Counted from the stretch's first letter, positions 26,340-34,767 are shown. The stretch is DNA of 64,000 nt from Nitrososphaerales archaeon (GCA_032906765.1 JAJTZB010000003.1:77072-141071), one strand, 5' to 3'. Numbers and translations are program-made. Notes: generated from the sequence alone by a model not told the origin.

Positions 26340-27566
26340 GTGATTATATCCGTCGTCGACATCTTAGTCTTGGCGTGGTGGGGGATGATCCAGGGAAGCG
26401 CGGCGCGAGGTGCCATCGGCGGATGCTTAATGCTTCTTCGAATCAACCATGAAGGAAGGCTACGCATACCAACGAACACGTTGTCGCATATTGGGACCGA
26501 CGCAAAGGTCAGAGCTTCTAACTCTTCTAGATTCCTATCGATCCGGAGTGACGCCAATTCTCAAACTGTATACAGGCTTTGCAAAGGAGCCGTCCACTGG
26601 AGACCTTCAGTCCCTCAGTTGATTGGAGAGCCTGGAGAGCTTGTCAAGGTGGGTATCTCGGAGCTTGTTCCCCGAGAATTCGTCAGAAATCTAACAAAGC
26701 TTCGTTTCAACAATGAAGTGGGAGCGAGACTCGCGCCCCTGTCGGCGGAAATGAATGATTTTATTGCCGATAACGGAGAATTTCGAGCTAGAGTTCTCCA
26801 GCAGCCCGCCGTTGAGGGAACGAGCCAATTTGGAATTAGGGGCCTGTTATCCGAAGATTTCGCAGTATACAACGGCAAACCCAGGCTAGCGTTCAGACTT
26901 ACAGACAGGTTCAATCAAGCGAGAGAGTTCGCGGTATATCACGACGGCGCAAGTCCCCCCCTTCTTGGTATCAAGGACGGGAGAGAATTCAGGAAGGTCA
27001 AACTGATTTTCCACGATGGGATAAGGCTAAGAGTTGTCTACAAGAAATTCAGAGAGTTCAATAGGTCTACTATCTACACCGGAGATTCCTCTCAACTCTA
27101 TTCCGTTAACATCGGTTCTTCCTTCATCCCTCATCTGAGAAAGGAGAGTACTGCGTTCGCCGTTGACGTAAAACTGAGCCGCAAACTCGAGCACAAAATG
27201 CTTGTCGGCGGTACTGCCTACGATCATGGCAGATTGGGAGCGGAGATAGCGTACACCATAGCAAGACGATTGCTTAAGCTGGAGGAAGTCATTATCGCAG
27301 AACCGTCCATCGGCGGCAAAGACCTCTACACGATTGATTCGCGCATAGCCATGCAAGCCAGGCTCATCTTTGACTTCACGCAATTTCGTCCGCTCAGTAT
27401 GAAAGAGGCCTTATCCACCCAGACTGGTCTACTTCTCCGAAAGCTTTCCCAGGACTTCGCCTACAACGCAAGCATGGCCGAGGGATATGCAATCCTTTCC
27501 TACGTGGATTCGAATCGAGACCTCAAATCAATTGTGATTAAACGGAGCAGATTCGGTCCAAACTAG
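26340..27566 (+). CDS. Orphan protein of unknown function (up to 408 aa)
   Basis: A long ORF fills the space between the two tRNA-Lys copies and looks AT-richer than the surrounding genome. No motif was recognised. Alternative in-frame starts are at 26385 and 26430, downstream of a TATA-like GATTATAT at 26343. Confidence 0.5.
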   Translation: MIISVVDILVLAWWGMIQGSAARGAIGGCLMLLRINHEGRLRIPTNTLSHIGTDAKVRASNSSRFLSIRSDANSQTVYRLCKGAVHWRPSVPQLIGEPGELVKVGISELVPREFVRNLTKLRFNNEVGARLAPLSAEMNDFIADNGEFRARVLQQPAVEGTSQFGIRGLLSEDFAVYNGKPRLAFRLTDRFNQAREFAVYHDGASPPLLGIKDGREFRKVKLIFHDGIRLRVVYKKFREFNRSTIYTGDSSQLYSVNIGSSFIPHLRKESTAFAVDVKLSRKLEHKMLVGGTAYDHGRLGAEIAYTIARRLLKLEEVIIAEPSIGGKDLYTIDSRIAMQARLIFDFTQFRPLSMKEALSTQTGLLLRKLSQDFAYNASMAEGYAILSYVDSNRDLKSIVIKRSRFGPN

Positions 27567-27580
27567 AAGGTTGAAGCGCA

Positions 27581-27685
27581 CGGGCCTGGTGGGATTCGAA
27601 CCCACGACATGCTGGTTAAGAGCCAGCCGCTTTGGTCGATTTCCTCTAACCTGGCTTCTCGCGCATCGCTCTGAGCCACAGGCCC
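27581..27685 (-). tRNA. tRNA-Lys(CUU) with two putative short non-canonical introns (D-loop, and the position 25-27 region)
   Basis: Removing 16 nt (27655-27670) and about 14 nt (27630-27643) leaves a 75-nt cloverleaf: GGGCCUG UG GCUC AGCCAGGUUA GAGC G GCUGG CUCUUAA CCAGC AUGUC GUGGG UUCGAAU CCCAC CAGGCCC G. All stems are Watson-Crick paired and the anticodon is CUU. Confidence 0.6.
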
Positions 27686-27772
27686 GCAGCTTCAGAGCAC
27701 CCGGTAAGGTAGATATTTACTTTCTCGACAGATTCATGCATTTAATAGAGATGAGGAGACCTTCGAGAACCA

Positions 27773-28813
27773 ATGGGCTCTCTGACATTTGTCGGCCTCG
27801 GCCTGGGCCCCAAAGGCGTGAGCCTGGAAGGTCTTGTGGAGCTGAGGACGGCCGACGAGGTGTTTCTGGAGTATTACACCACGCCCCACGACCCTGCGCT
27901 CGTGGGTGAGCTCGAAAGGCAGAGCGGCAGGCACCTCACAATCGTCGACAGGGCGTTCGTGGAGGACGGGAGGTCGCTGCTGGCGGCTGCGAAGTCAAGG
28001 AAGGTCGTGCTCGCTGTCCCTGGCGATCCGATGATAGCCACGACGCACGCCGAGCTGAGGGTCAGGGCAATCAGGGCGGGCATAGAAGCGAGGGTCGTGC
28101 ACGGCGTCACCATCGCCTCGGCAGCGGCGAGCGCATCGGGGCTCCATTCTTACAAGTTCTCGAGGACTGTGACCATCACGCGAGAATCGGTCAAGAGGCT
28201 CTCTCAGGCATATCAGATTCTGCACGAGAACCTTCTCGAGGGGGCGCACACCCTGCTCCTCCTGGAGTTCGATGTGGAGAGGGGCGAAGGAGTCACACCG
28301 AACGAGGCGATTCGGGGGCTCCTCGCTGCCGAGGCGGACTTCAAGCGAGCTGTTGTCAGCACCAGCTGCTTCGCGCTCGTGCTTAGCCGGGTGGGGAGGG
28401 TCGATGCCTCGTCCAGGGCAGGGACCCTTGCGGAGTTGGAAGGTTTCGACTATCTTCAGCCTCCCCACTCAGTGATAATCCCAGGGAAGCTGCACTTCAC
28501 GGAGGTCGAATCGATAGCCGCAATCTTCTCCTTGGACGCTGCGAAGATACACGGGAATTCTGAATCAGTCAAGCGCACGGCTGAGACGCTCGTCCCGCGA
28601 TACGTCGAGAAGACGAAGAAGGCGCTGGCATCCGTCAGGAGCAAGCTCGGACCAGAATACGACTCGGTCGTGGAGAACGCAGAACTCTACATCAAGGACG
28701 CGGAGAGCTTCCTGTTAAAGGGAGACGACGAACTTGCGATGCTCAGTGTTGGCTACGCAGAAGGACTTTTAGACTCGCTGAACTTCGCTGGCGTAGTCAA
28801 GATAGACTGGTAG
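27773..28813 (+). CDS. dph5: Diphthine synthase (Dph5) fused to a C-terminal DUF357-like domain
   Basis: The N-terminal ~255 aa are tetrapyrrole-methylase-type Dph5 (LTFVGLGLG, VLAVPGDPMIATTH, HSYKF). The C-terminal ~85 aa (YIKDAESFLLKGDDELAMLSVGYAEGLLDS) match the DUF357 pattern as I remember it. Confidence 0.82.
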   Translation: MGSLTFVGLGLGPKGVSLEGLVELRTADEVFLEYYTTPHDPALVGELERQSGRHLTIVDRAFVEDGRSLLAAAKSRKVVLAVPGDPMIATTHAELRVRAIRAGIEARVVHGVTIASAAASASGLHSYKFSRTVTITRESVKRLSQAYQILHENLLEGAHTLLLLEFDVERGEGVTPNEAIRGLLAAEADFKRAVVSTSCFALVLSRVGRVDASSRAGTLAELEGFDYLQPPHSVIIPGKLHFTEVESIAAIFSLDAAKIHGNSESVKRTAETLVPRYVEKTKKALASVRSKLGPEYDSVVENAELYIKDAESFLLKGDDELAMLSVGYAEGLLDSLNFAGVVKIDW

Positions 28814-28816
28814 AAA

Positions 28817-29419
28817 TTGAACGAGAAGCGAATCCTGGGGGAAATCTTTGCGCTCAAGGTGGCGGACGGAAGGGCAACGCAGAAGGCGCTCTGCGCCAGG
28901 CTGGGCGAGGACGCAGGCCAGGTAGAGAAGGCTGTCTCAGCCCTGCGCGCTCGGCGGCTGGTTGAAGGGAGCCCCAGAGGCCTGAGACTGACCGACAAGG
29001 GGAGGGCCAAGGTCAAGGTTGTCTTCATCGGGGGCAGCTTCGAGTTGATTCATCCCGGCCATCTTCACACGATCCTGCAGGCGAAGAATCTTGGAGACGT
29101 TCTGGTTGCTGTAGTGGCTAGGGACACTACAATCAGGAGGAGGAAGCACAGGGAGCCCATCACCACCGAGAACGAAAGGCTGAACCTCCTCTCCTCCCTG
29201 CGGGCCGTCGACGCCGCGATGCTCGGCGTCGAGGGGGACATCTACGTGACTCTCGAGAAGGTGAAGCCAGACGTGGTAGCGCTCGGCTACGACCAGTACC
29301 ATGCCGAAGAGGAGATAGCGAAGGAGGCGGCGAGGAGGGGGATGCGGCTGAGGGTATTCAGGCTTCGGCCCGCGACGACAATAATCAAGACGTCCAAAAT
29401 CATCGAAGCGCTGAGCTAG
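28817..29419 (+). CDS. ribL: Winged-helix plus cytidylyltransferase-like FAD synthase (RibL-like)
   Basis: 200 aa. An N-terminal wHTH-like region is followed by GGSFELIHPGHLHTILQAK (the nucleotidyltransferase HxGH motif). Confidence 0.72.
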   Translation: MNEKRILGEIFALKVADGRATQKALCARLGEDAGQVEKAVSALRARRLVEGSPRGLRLTDKGRAKVKVVFIGGSFELIHPGHLHTILQAKNLGDVLVAVVARDTTIRRRKHREPITTENERLNLLSSLRAVDAAMLGVEGDIYVTLEKVKPDVVALGYDQYHAEEEIAKEAARRGMRLRVFRLRPATTIIKTSKIIEALS

Positions 29420-30084
29420 CGCCTTCTGAGCTTCTTGTAGACCCTGTCCATTGAGGAGATGAGCGTCTCCCTTCTCGCCTCTTCAGTAAGGAGACCCCTC
29501 GTGTCTTCGACGAGCATCCTCGCGACGTCAATCTTCCTTCTGCTGCCACCAAGGACGTGGTCGTAGACAGCCAAAGGAGAGCATGTGGAGTAGAGCGTCT
29601 CCATGTGGCCGAAATACTCCTTCGCCTTCACGATCTTCCCGTCCATGATCGAGTCGAGGACGAGCCGCTTCAGCTCGCCCACTGTGTCTAGGAGTCCCAG
29701 GACGTATGCCTCGTGCGAAGAGTCAAGGGAGCTCCTAGACGGCAGACGTTTTCCCCTAGCCAGCGCACAGACGGAAGAGGCCTCGACGAACTCCGCCTCC
29801 GGTGATACGAGGTACCGAGCGAGTTGCCCCGACCCCGCCTTCTTCAGCGCTTTGAGGAGGGAGCGGGCTCTGCCCAGTTCCTTCTCCGCTTCCGCCAGCT
29901 TACCGTTGTGGACGTTGACGATTGCCCTTGAGCAAGAGGATATCACGTCGCGGCTCTCCTTCAGCAGCCTGTCCCTTCGGCCTGACTGGTCGAGCAAGTG
30001 CTTCTCGACCTCCCTCATCGATTCACGGAGTCCTTCCATGTCGTACTGCTCCGCTGCCCATGCTGTCATAAGCTTACCCTTCAC
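29416..30084 (-). CDS. Translin-family-like helical protein
   Basis: A 222-aa all-helical protein. The YVLGLLDTVGELKR motif resembles the archaeal translin family (COG2178), recalled from memory. Confidence 0.55.
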   Translation of the reverse strand: MKGKLMTAWAAEQYDMEGLRESMREVEKHLLDQSGRRDRLLKESRDVISSCSRAIVNVHNGKLAEAEKELGRARSLLKALKKAGSGQLARYLVSPEAEFVEASSVCALARGKRLPSRSSLDSSHEAYVLGLLDTVGELKRLVLDSIMDGKIVKAKEYFGHMETLYSTCSPLAVYDHVLGGSRRKIDVARMLVEDTRGLLTEEARRETLISSMDRVYKKLRRR

Positions 30085-30126
30085 CCCTCAAACGCTTATC
30101 AGAGGAAGGTTGGGCTGCCGGAGAGA

Positions 30127-31038
30127 GTGCGAAGGGACAGGACTGTAGCACTTGCCCAGACGACGGTCACCGCAGTGCTCTGGGGCACCTCCTTCCCTGT
30201 CATTTCCGTGGCGATAAGCTCTGGACTCGACCCGAGGACGTTCGTCTTCCTGAGGTTTGCTATAGCCGCGCCAGTGATGCTGGCAGTCGCCGGACTCTAC
30301 GGCAAGGGGACGAGGAGGCTCCTTCGTTCGAGGGCAGTCTGGGTGATTGGGCTTTTCAACGCGACCGGATTCGTTTGCCAGTTCCTCGGCCAGGCCCTCA
30401 CGACTGCGTCCGTGGCGGCCCTGCTGGTCAACCTGTCCGTCGTCCTGGCTGCGCTCGGGAGCATGCTGTTCCTGCGCGAGAAGATGACCACGGTAAGAGC
30501 GTCGGGTGTTGCGTTCGCCTTCGCCGGGACCGCCCTTCTTACCACCAACGGGGACCTCTCTGGTTTGACTGGCGGGCAGTTGCTCGGTGACGCGCTTTAC
30601 CTGCTCGCAGCCGTCGCTTGGGCGGGATACATAGTGTATGCGAAGAAGAAGACGGACGAGAAAGACTGGGACCCTCTCGCTGTGTCCGCCTGCATCGTGG
30701 CGGTCACCGCCTTCCTCGTCTTCCCTGTGGCGTTGACCGCTGGGCTGAGCTTCGCACTCTCTACCGCGTCATGGGAGGCTGTACTCTACACAGCTGTTTT
30801 CAACACCGCTATCCCGTTCGCTCTGTATCAAGCGGGCCTCAGGTACCTGACAGCAACTTCGTCGGCGATTGTGCTGATGCTCGAGATTGTCACGGCTGTC
30901 GCAATCTCAACTCTCTTTCTCGGCGAGGTGCTGGGTGTGGCCTCCTGGACTGGCGCTGTCCTTGTCTTAGTTTCAGTGCTGCTGGTTTCGGGGTTCGAAA
31001 TCAGCGGAAAGAGCCTATCGGTCTATCAACGTAGGTAA
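30127..31038 (+). CDS. EamA / DMT-superfamily transporter
   Basis: About ten hydrophobic helices forming two EamA-like halves. The GTG start at 30127 avoids overlap with the upstream gene, whereas the ORF in the track starts at 29998. Confidence 0.8.
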   Translation: MRRDRTVALAQTTVTAVLWGTSFPVISVAISSGLDPRTFVFLRFAIAAPVMLAVAGLYGKGTRRLLRSRAVWVIGLFNATGFVCQFLGQALTTASVAALLVNLSVVLAALGSMLFLREKMTTVRASGVAFAFAGTALLTTNGDLSGLTGGQLLGDALYLLAAVAWAGYIVYAKKKTDEKDWDPLAVSACIVAVTAFLVFPVALTAGLSFALSTASWEAVLYTAVFNTAIPFALYQAGLRYLTATSSAIVLMLEIVTAVAISTLFLGEVLGVASWTGAVLVLVSVLLVSGFEISGKSLSVYQRR

Positions 31039-31189
31039 CGGTCAACTTACAATGCTCTCGGGGGCAATTCAATTTCAATCTCCTCCCTGCTCAACCACTT
31101 GAAGGTCAGTCGATAGTTTATCCCCTCATGAAACAAGTGAAGGCGTACCCCTGCATGGCTGAGAATCACGAAGACAGTGACGTCAGCTA

Positions 31190-31741
31190 ATGACGCGACC
31201 CCGATCTGGCTGGAGGACGCTAGAGATCAAGTGCTCTGCGTGTGGTAAGTTCTTCTTGAGAAAGCTCGATTACAGAGAAAGGTTCTGCTCCGATTCTTGT
31301 CGGAGGAAGAAGGCGACAGAACGGCACAGAAAATATACTGAAGCCAACAGAGAGCACATGAGGGAGTACGAGAAATCGCGGAGGCTCCGCCTGTGGGGCG
31401 CTTCGAGCCCGGAGAAAGCGAGAAAAGCGGAGGTTCTTGCTTTTAATACAGTCTTGCCGAAGATTGGATTTGCAGAGATCTATGATGCGACCCGAGTCAG
31501 GAGATTCATCCCATTCGACTTCGCCGCAACATACGAAGGGGAAAGGGTCTTGATTGATGTGACAACGGCGATATCGAAGAGCAATCAATACCACCGATCT
31601 GCTTTGTCCCTGGCCGATGCTCTAAGGATGAGACTTTACATCCTATTCATCAAGCCTGACTTGGCTGCCTATGCTCTTAAGCTAGGCATGCGCCACCCTG
31701 GCCCCACGTGTTCACCCAAGGAATTGATTCCAGTTGGTTAA
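31190..31741 (+). CDS. Zn-ribbon protein with a C-terminal degenerate Hjc/PD-(D/E)xK-like domain
   Basis: 183 aa. The N-terminus has CSAC...CSDSC plus a basic helical region. The C-terminus has KAEVLAF..LPKIGF......PFDFAA....ERVLIDVTT, which aligns to the Hjc E...D...ExK pattern with DVT in place of EVK. Confidence 0.45.
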   Translation: MTRPRSGWRTLEIKCSACGKFFLRKLDYRERFCSDSCRRKKATERHRKYTEANREHMREYEKSRRLRLWGASSPEKARKAEVLAFNTVLPKIGFAEIYDATRVRRFIPFDFAATYEGERVLIDVTTAISKSNQYHRSALSLADALRMRLYILFIKPDLAAYALKLGMRHPGPTCSPKELIPVG

Positions 31742-32042
31742 CCGTCGTTACACTAGGGGCCGCGCGAAAGAGTATCGGAGCATGGAGATACTCAGGAAGG
31801 ACGGCTGGTTGGTTTCTCGAAGCGCCGCGTCGCACGGCGCGGTCGATGTTTTTGCTGCAAAGGACGGCAAGATGCTGCTGATTCAGGTGAAGAGCGGCAA
31901 GGCGAGGGTGAAGAAGGAGGAGCTGGAGGCGCTCGTGGAGTGGGGGAGACAGTCGAGCGGCGATGCCGAAGTGTGGCACTTCAGGGACGGGGGGAAGTTC
32001 GAGCGCAGGAGGGTCTACGCTGCGAAGGTGACCACTAAATGA
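31734..32042 (+). CDS. Holliday-junction-resolvase (Hjc)-like PD-(D/E)xK nuclease, QVK variant
   Basis: 102 aa. RGRAKEYRSMEILRKDGWLVSRSAASHGAVDVFAAKDGKMLLIQVKSGK follows the Hjc pattern (G..ER...L...G..V.R...S.G..D..A......LIEVKS.K), but has Gln where the catalytic Glu is expected. Confidence 0.62.
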   Translation: MVNRRYTRGRAKEYRSMEILRKDGWLVSRSAASHGAVDVFAAKDGKMLLIQVKSGKARVKKEELEALVEWGRQSSGDAEVWHFRDGGKFERRRVYAAKVTTK

Positions 32043-32185
32043 AGGCGAAATGCTACTTCTGCGACACTGAGCTAATCACTGTGGTCCACACGTTCAGGGT
32101 TGGCCCAAAGGACGAACCTGTTTGCGAAGAGTGTCAGGCCAAGACGATGAACCGGCAGAAGGCCGAGGAAGAAGAGAAGGGGTAG
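32039..32185 (+). CDS. Small zinc-ribbon protein (48 aa)
   Basis: Its ATG overlaps the Hjc-like stop (ATGA). It translates to MKAKCYFCDTELITVVHTFRVGPKDEPVCEECQAKTMNRQKAEEEEKG, with CxxC...CxxC. It is not in the ORF track because it is under 60 aa. Confidence 0.4.
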   Translation: MKAKCYFCDTELITVVHTFRVGPKDEPVCEECQAKTMNRQKAEEEEKG

Positions 32186-32194
32186 TAGCTAGAG

Positions 32195-32518
32195 TCATGC
32201 GGAAGCGCAGGTTCTTCTGAGCTGGCGGATCATGCCAGAGATCTCCTCGAAGGCCTCGTCGTTCTCGTCCTTCCGGTAGCACTCGAGCGCCTTTTGGTAG
32301 TCATCAAGCGCGGAGAGAGCCCGAATTTCGGGAGGTGAGCCGGGTTCGGCCATTATCAGCCGCCCGGCGACCTCGTACCAGTCACCCGCGTCGCCATACT
32401 GCTCGAGCTGGTAGAGGCAGCTAGCGACCCATTCGCACGCGTCGACTCTGTGGGGAGAAGTCAAGAACCTCTCGAACTGTTCCTTGAGCAAGTAGACAGC
32501 CGGGTTCCCGCTCCTCAT
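32195..32518 (-). CDS. Hypothetical helical (TPR-like) protein
   Basis: Taken from the internal ATG at 32518 (MRSGNPAVYLL...). The longer 200-aa ORF overlaps the thioesterase gene. It is a helical repeat-like sequence with no confident family. Confidence 0.35.
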   Translation of the reverse strand: MRSGNPAVYLLKEQFERFLTSPHRVDACEWVASCLYQLEQYGDAGDWYEVAGRLIMAEPGSPPEIRALSALDDYQKALECYRKDENDEAFEEISGMIRQLRRTCASA

Positions 32519-32640
32519 CTTATCCAACTTGAACCTGTCTGAAAAGCTGGCCAATCGCAGGTTAGAACCGGCTGCGCCGTAAGAACGGGAGACTCTACAC
32601 TTCTTGAGCTCGTGATGAAACCATGAAACCGCGAAACCGC

Positions 32641-33129
32641 CTATTCCTCTTTGAGTGCAGCGATCTCGGCCTCCCTCAGTTTCTTTCTTGCGACCGCTCG
32701 CTTGAAGCGCTTCTTCTCGTCTGGCGTGACGGGGACGAGCTTCGGTATCGTCGTCGGCCTCCCCTTGGCGTCGATGGCCACGTAGGTGAGGTAGCACGAC
32801 CCTGTGTGCGCGGTCCTGCCCGTCACAGGATCCTGGGTCTCTATCCTGACGCCAATCTCCATCGAGGTGTGGCCGACGTAGTTGACCGAGGCCTTCAGTA
32901 CGAGGACGTTCCCGACGTAGACCGGGGCGTAGAAGTTCATCCTGTCAATCGACGCAGTGACGCAGTTGGTTCCGGCGTGTCTCCAAGCAACTATGGCTGC
33001 GACTTCATCCATGTACCGCATAATCGCGCCTCCGAACACGTTTCCGAGCACGTTCGCGTCCGTCGGCATCATGAGCCTCACGGTTGTCAGGGCTGACTCG
33101 GAAACCTTCTTGGCTTTCGGCTTCGCCAT
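32641..33129 (-). CDS. Acyl-CoA thioesterase (hotdog fold)
   Basis: 162 aa. MMPTDANVLGNVFGGAIMRYMDEVA and the VLKASVNYVGHTSMEIGVRIE pattern are typical of acyl-CoA hydrolases. Confidence 0.85.
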   Translation of the reverse strand: MAKPKAKKVSESALTTVRLMMPTDANVLGNVFGGAIMRYMDEVAAIVAWRHAGTNCVTASIDRMNFYAPVYVGNVLVLKASVNYVGHTSMEIGVRIETQDPVTGRTAHTGSCYLTYVAIDAKGRPTTIPKLVPVTPDEKKRFKRAVARKKLREAEIAALKEE

Positions 33130-33185
33130 CTTGAATCAGACGTGAAGTCAGAGGTTCATAAACATGATACCCCGTCGGTCGACGC

Positions 33186-33797
33186 ATGGGCGGACTGAAA
33201 CCGCTTCAGCTGAGGGTCGGGACGATGGCGAACTTCGTCTATCTTCTCGTGGACGAGGAGAGCAGGGAGGCGCTCGTCGTCGACTCGGGATGGGAGACGC
33301 GCCCGATCGTCCAGGCAGTCAAGGCAGAACGGGCGCGCGTGAAGTACGCCGTCGCGACGCACGAGCACTTCGACCACACTTCGACTCTTCGCGAGCTCGC
33401 AACGGAGATCGGTGCCAAGGTGGTCGCGCACTCTGCCTCGCCTGTGGACCACGACGTCTCGGTTGAAGACGGCGAGGAGCTCATGCTCGGGGGCAGGAGG
33501 GTAAAGGTGCTCCACACTCCCGGCCACACTCAAGACAGCATCTGCCTTTACGACGGCACAGAGGTGTTCACAGGCGACACGCTCTTCGTCGGGACGATAG
33601 GGAGGTTCGATGCGAAAAGCGCGGGGGCCATGTACAACAGCCTCTACAACGTCATTCTGAAGCTGCCCGAGGCGACGGTGGTCTACCCCGGCCACGACTA
33701 CGGGGAGGTCTCAAGCAGGAGTCTCGGTGAAGAGAGACTGAGGAACCCATTCCTCAGGTCGAAGGACGTCAGGAGCTTCCTCTCAGTCTCCGACTGA
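33186..33797 (+). CDS. MBL-fold metallo-hydrolase (glyoxalase II-like)
   Basis: 203 aa with the THEHFDH metal motif, HTPGHT and a later GH..D. Confidence 0.85.
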   Translation: MGGLKPLQLRVGTMANFVYLLVDEESREALVVDSGWETRPIVQAVKAERARVKYAVATHEHFDHTSTLRELATEIGAKVVAHSASPVDHDVSVEDGEELMLGGRRVKVLHTPGHTQDSICLYDGTEVFTGDTLFVGTIGRFDAKSAGAMYNSLYNVILKLPEATVVYPGHDYGEVSSRSLGEERLRNPFLRSKDVRSFLSVSD

Positions 33798-34767
33798 TGA
33801 TGCGCTCTAAAAGGGAGACCGAGATGTTGCCGCCGCTAACAACGAGCACCGTCTTCTCGCCCTTCTCGTCCTTGAGCGGACCTCTGAGCGCCGCTAGAGG
33901 CGACGCCCCTGCCGGCTCGGCGAGGACGCGTGCTCTTGTCAGCATGTCGTAGACCGCATTTTCTATCTGCCTGTCGTCGACTAGGCCAATCCTGTTGACG
34001 TACCTCGTCACAGCCTCGAACGTCAGCTCTCCAGGGATTGCAGCCTGCATGCCGTCTGCTATCGTCTTCTTCGGCTTCACACGCACCATCCTCCCCTCCT
34101 CCACTGATTCGTACATCGACGGGATTGCTCTTGTCTCTGCTCCGTAGACGCGGACCGTTCGCAGGGACTGCTTCAGCGCTATTGCCACACCAGATATCAG
34201 ACCACCGCCGCCGATCGCGACGACTGCAGAGTCCATGTCCGGCGCCTGCCTGGCCATCTCAAGGCCGCATGTCCCTTGGCCGGCTATGACATCCCTGTCG
34301 TTGAATGCGTGGACGAAGGTGAGGTTGCGGCGCCGCGCAGTCCTGACTGCGTTTTCGTACGCCTCGTCGTAGCCCCCTCCGTATCTCACAATCTCCGCTT
34401 CCTGCTCCTCAATCGCTGTTACCTTCTGAGGGTTCGCGTTCTCGGGGACGCAGATCACTGCCCGGATTCCGAACTTGCGGCTGGCGTACGCGATCGCCAG
34501 GCCGTGGTTCCCTGAAGAGGCAGTGATCACACCCCTCTTGAGCGCCGAGTCACTGAGCAGCAGGAGCTTGTTCAGAGCGCCGCGAATCTTGAAGACTCGG
34601 ATTGGCTGGAAGACCTCCAGCTTGAGGAGCACCTCCCGCCCGAGAAAGGAGGAGAGGCCCGGCGAGCGCTCCAGCGGTGTCGGCGGGATGTGCTCTCTTA
34701 TCCTGGCCTCCGCTTGCTCGATCTCGCGCAGTCCAGGGAGGGCCGTTGTGGCCATCAGCCGAACCAT
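33769..34767 (-). CDS. Threonine/serine dehydratase family PLP enzyme
   Basis: 332 aa with the PLP lysine motif (FQPIRVFKIRGA), SSGNHG and a GGGGL loop. Confidence 0.85.
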   Translation of the reverse strand: MVRLMATTALPGLREIEQAEARIREHIPPTPLERSPGLSSFLGREVLLKLEVFQPIRVFKIRGALNKLLLLSDSALKRGVITASSGNHGLAIAYASRKFGIRAVICVPENANPQKVTAIEEQEAEIVRYGGGYDEAYENAVRTARRRNLTFVHAFNDRDVIAGQGTCGLEMARQAPDMDSAVVAIGGGGLISGVAIALKQSLRTVRVYGAETRAIPSMYESVEEGRMVRVKPKKTIADGMQAAIPGELTFEAVTRYVNRIGLVDDRQIENAVYDMLTRARVLAEPAGASPLAALRGPLKDEKGEKTVLVVSGGNISVSLLERIISRRLRGSS

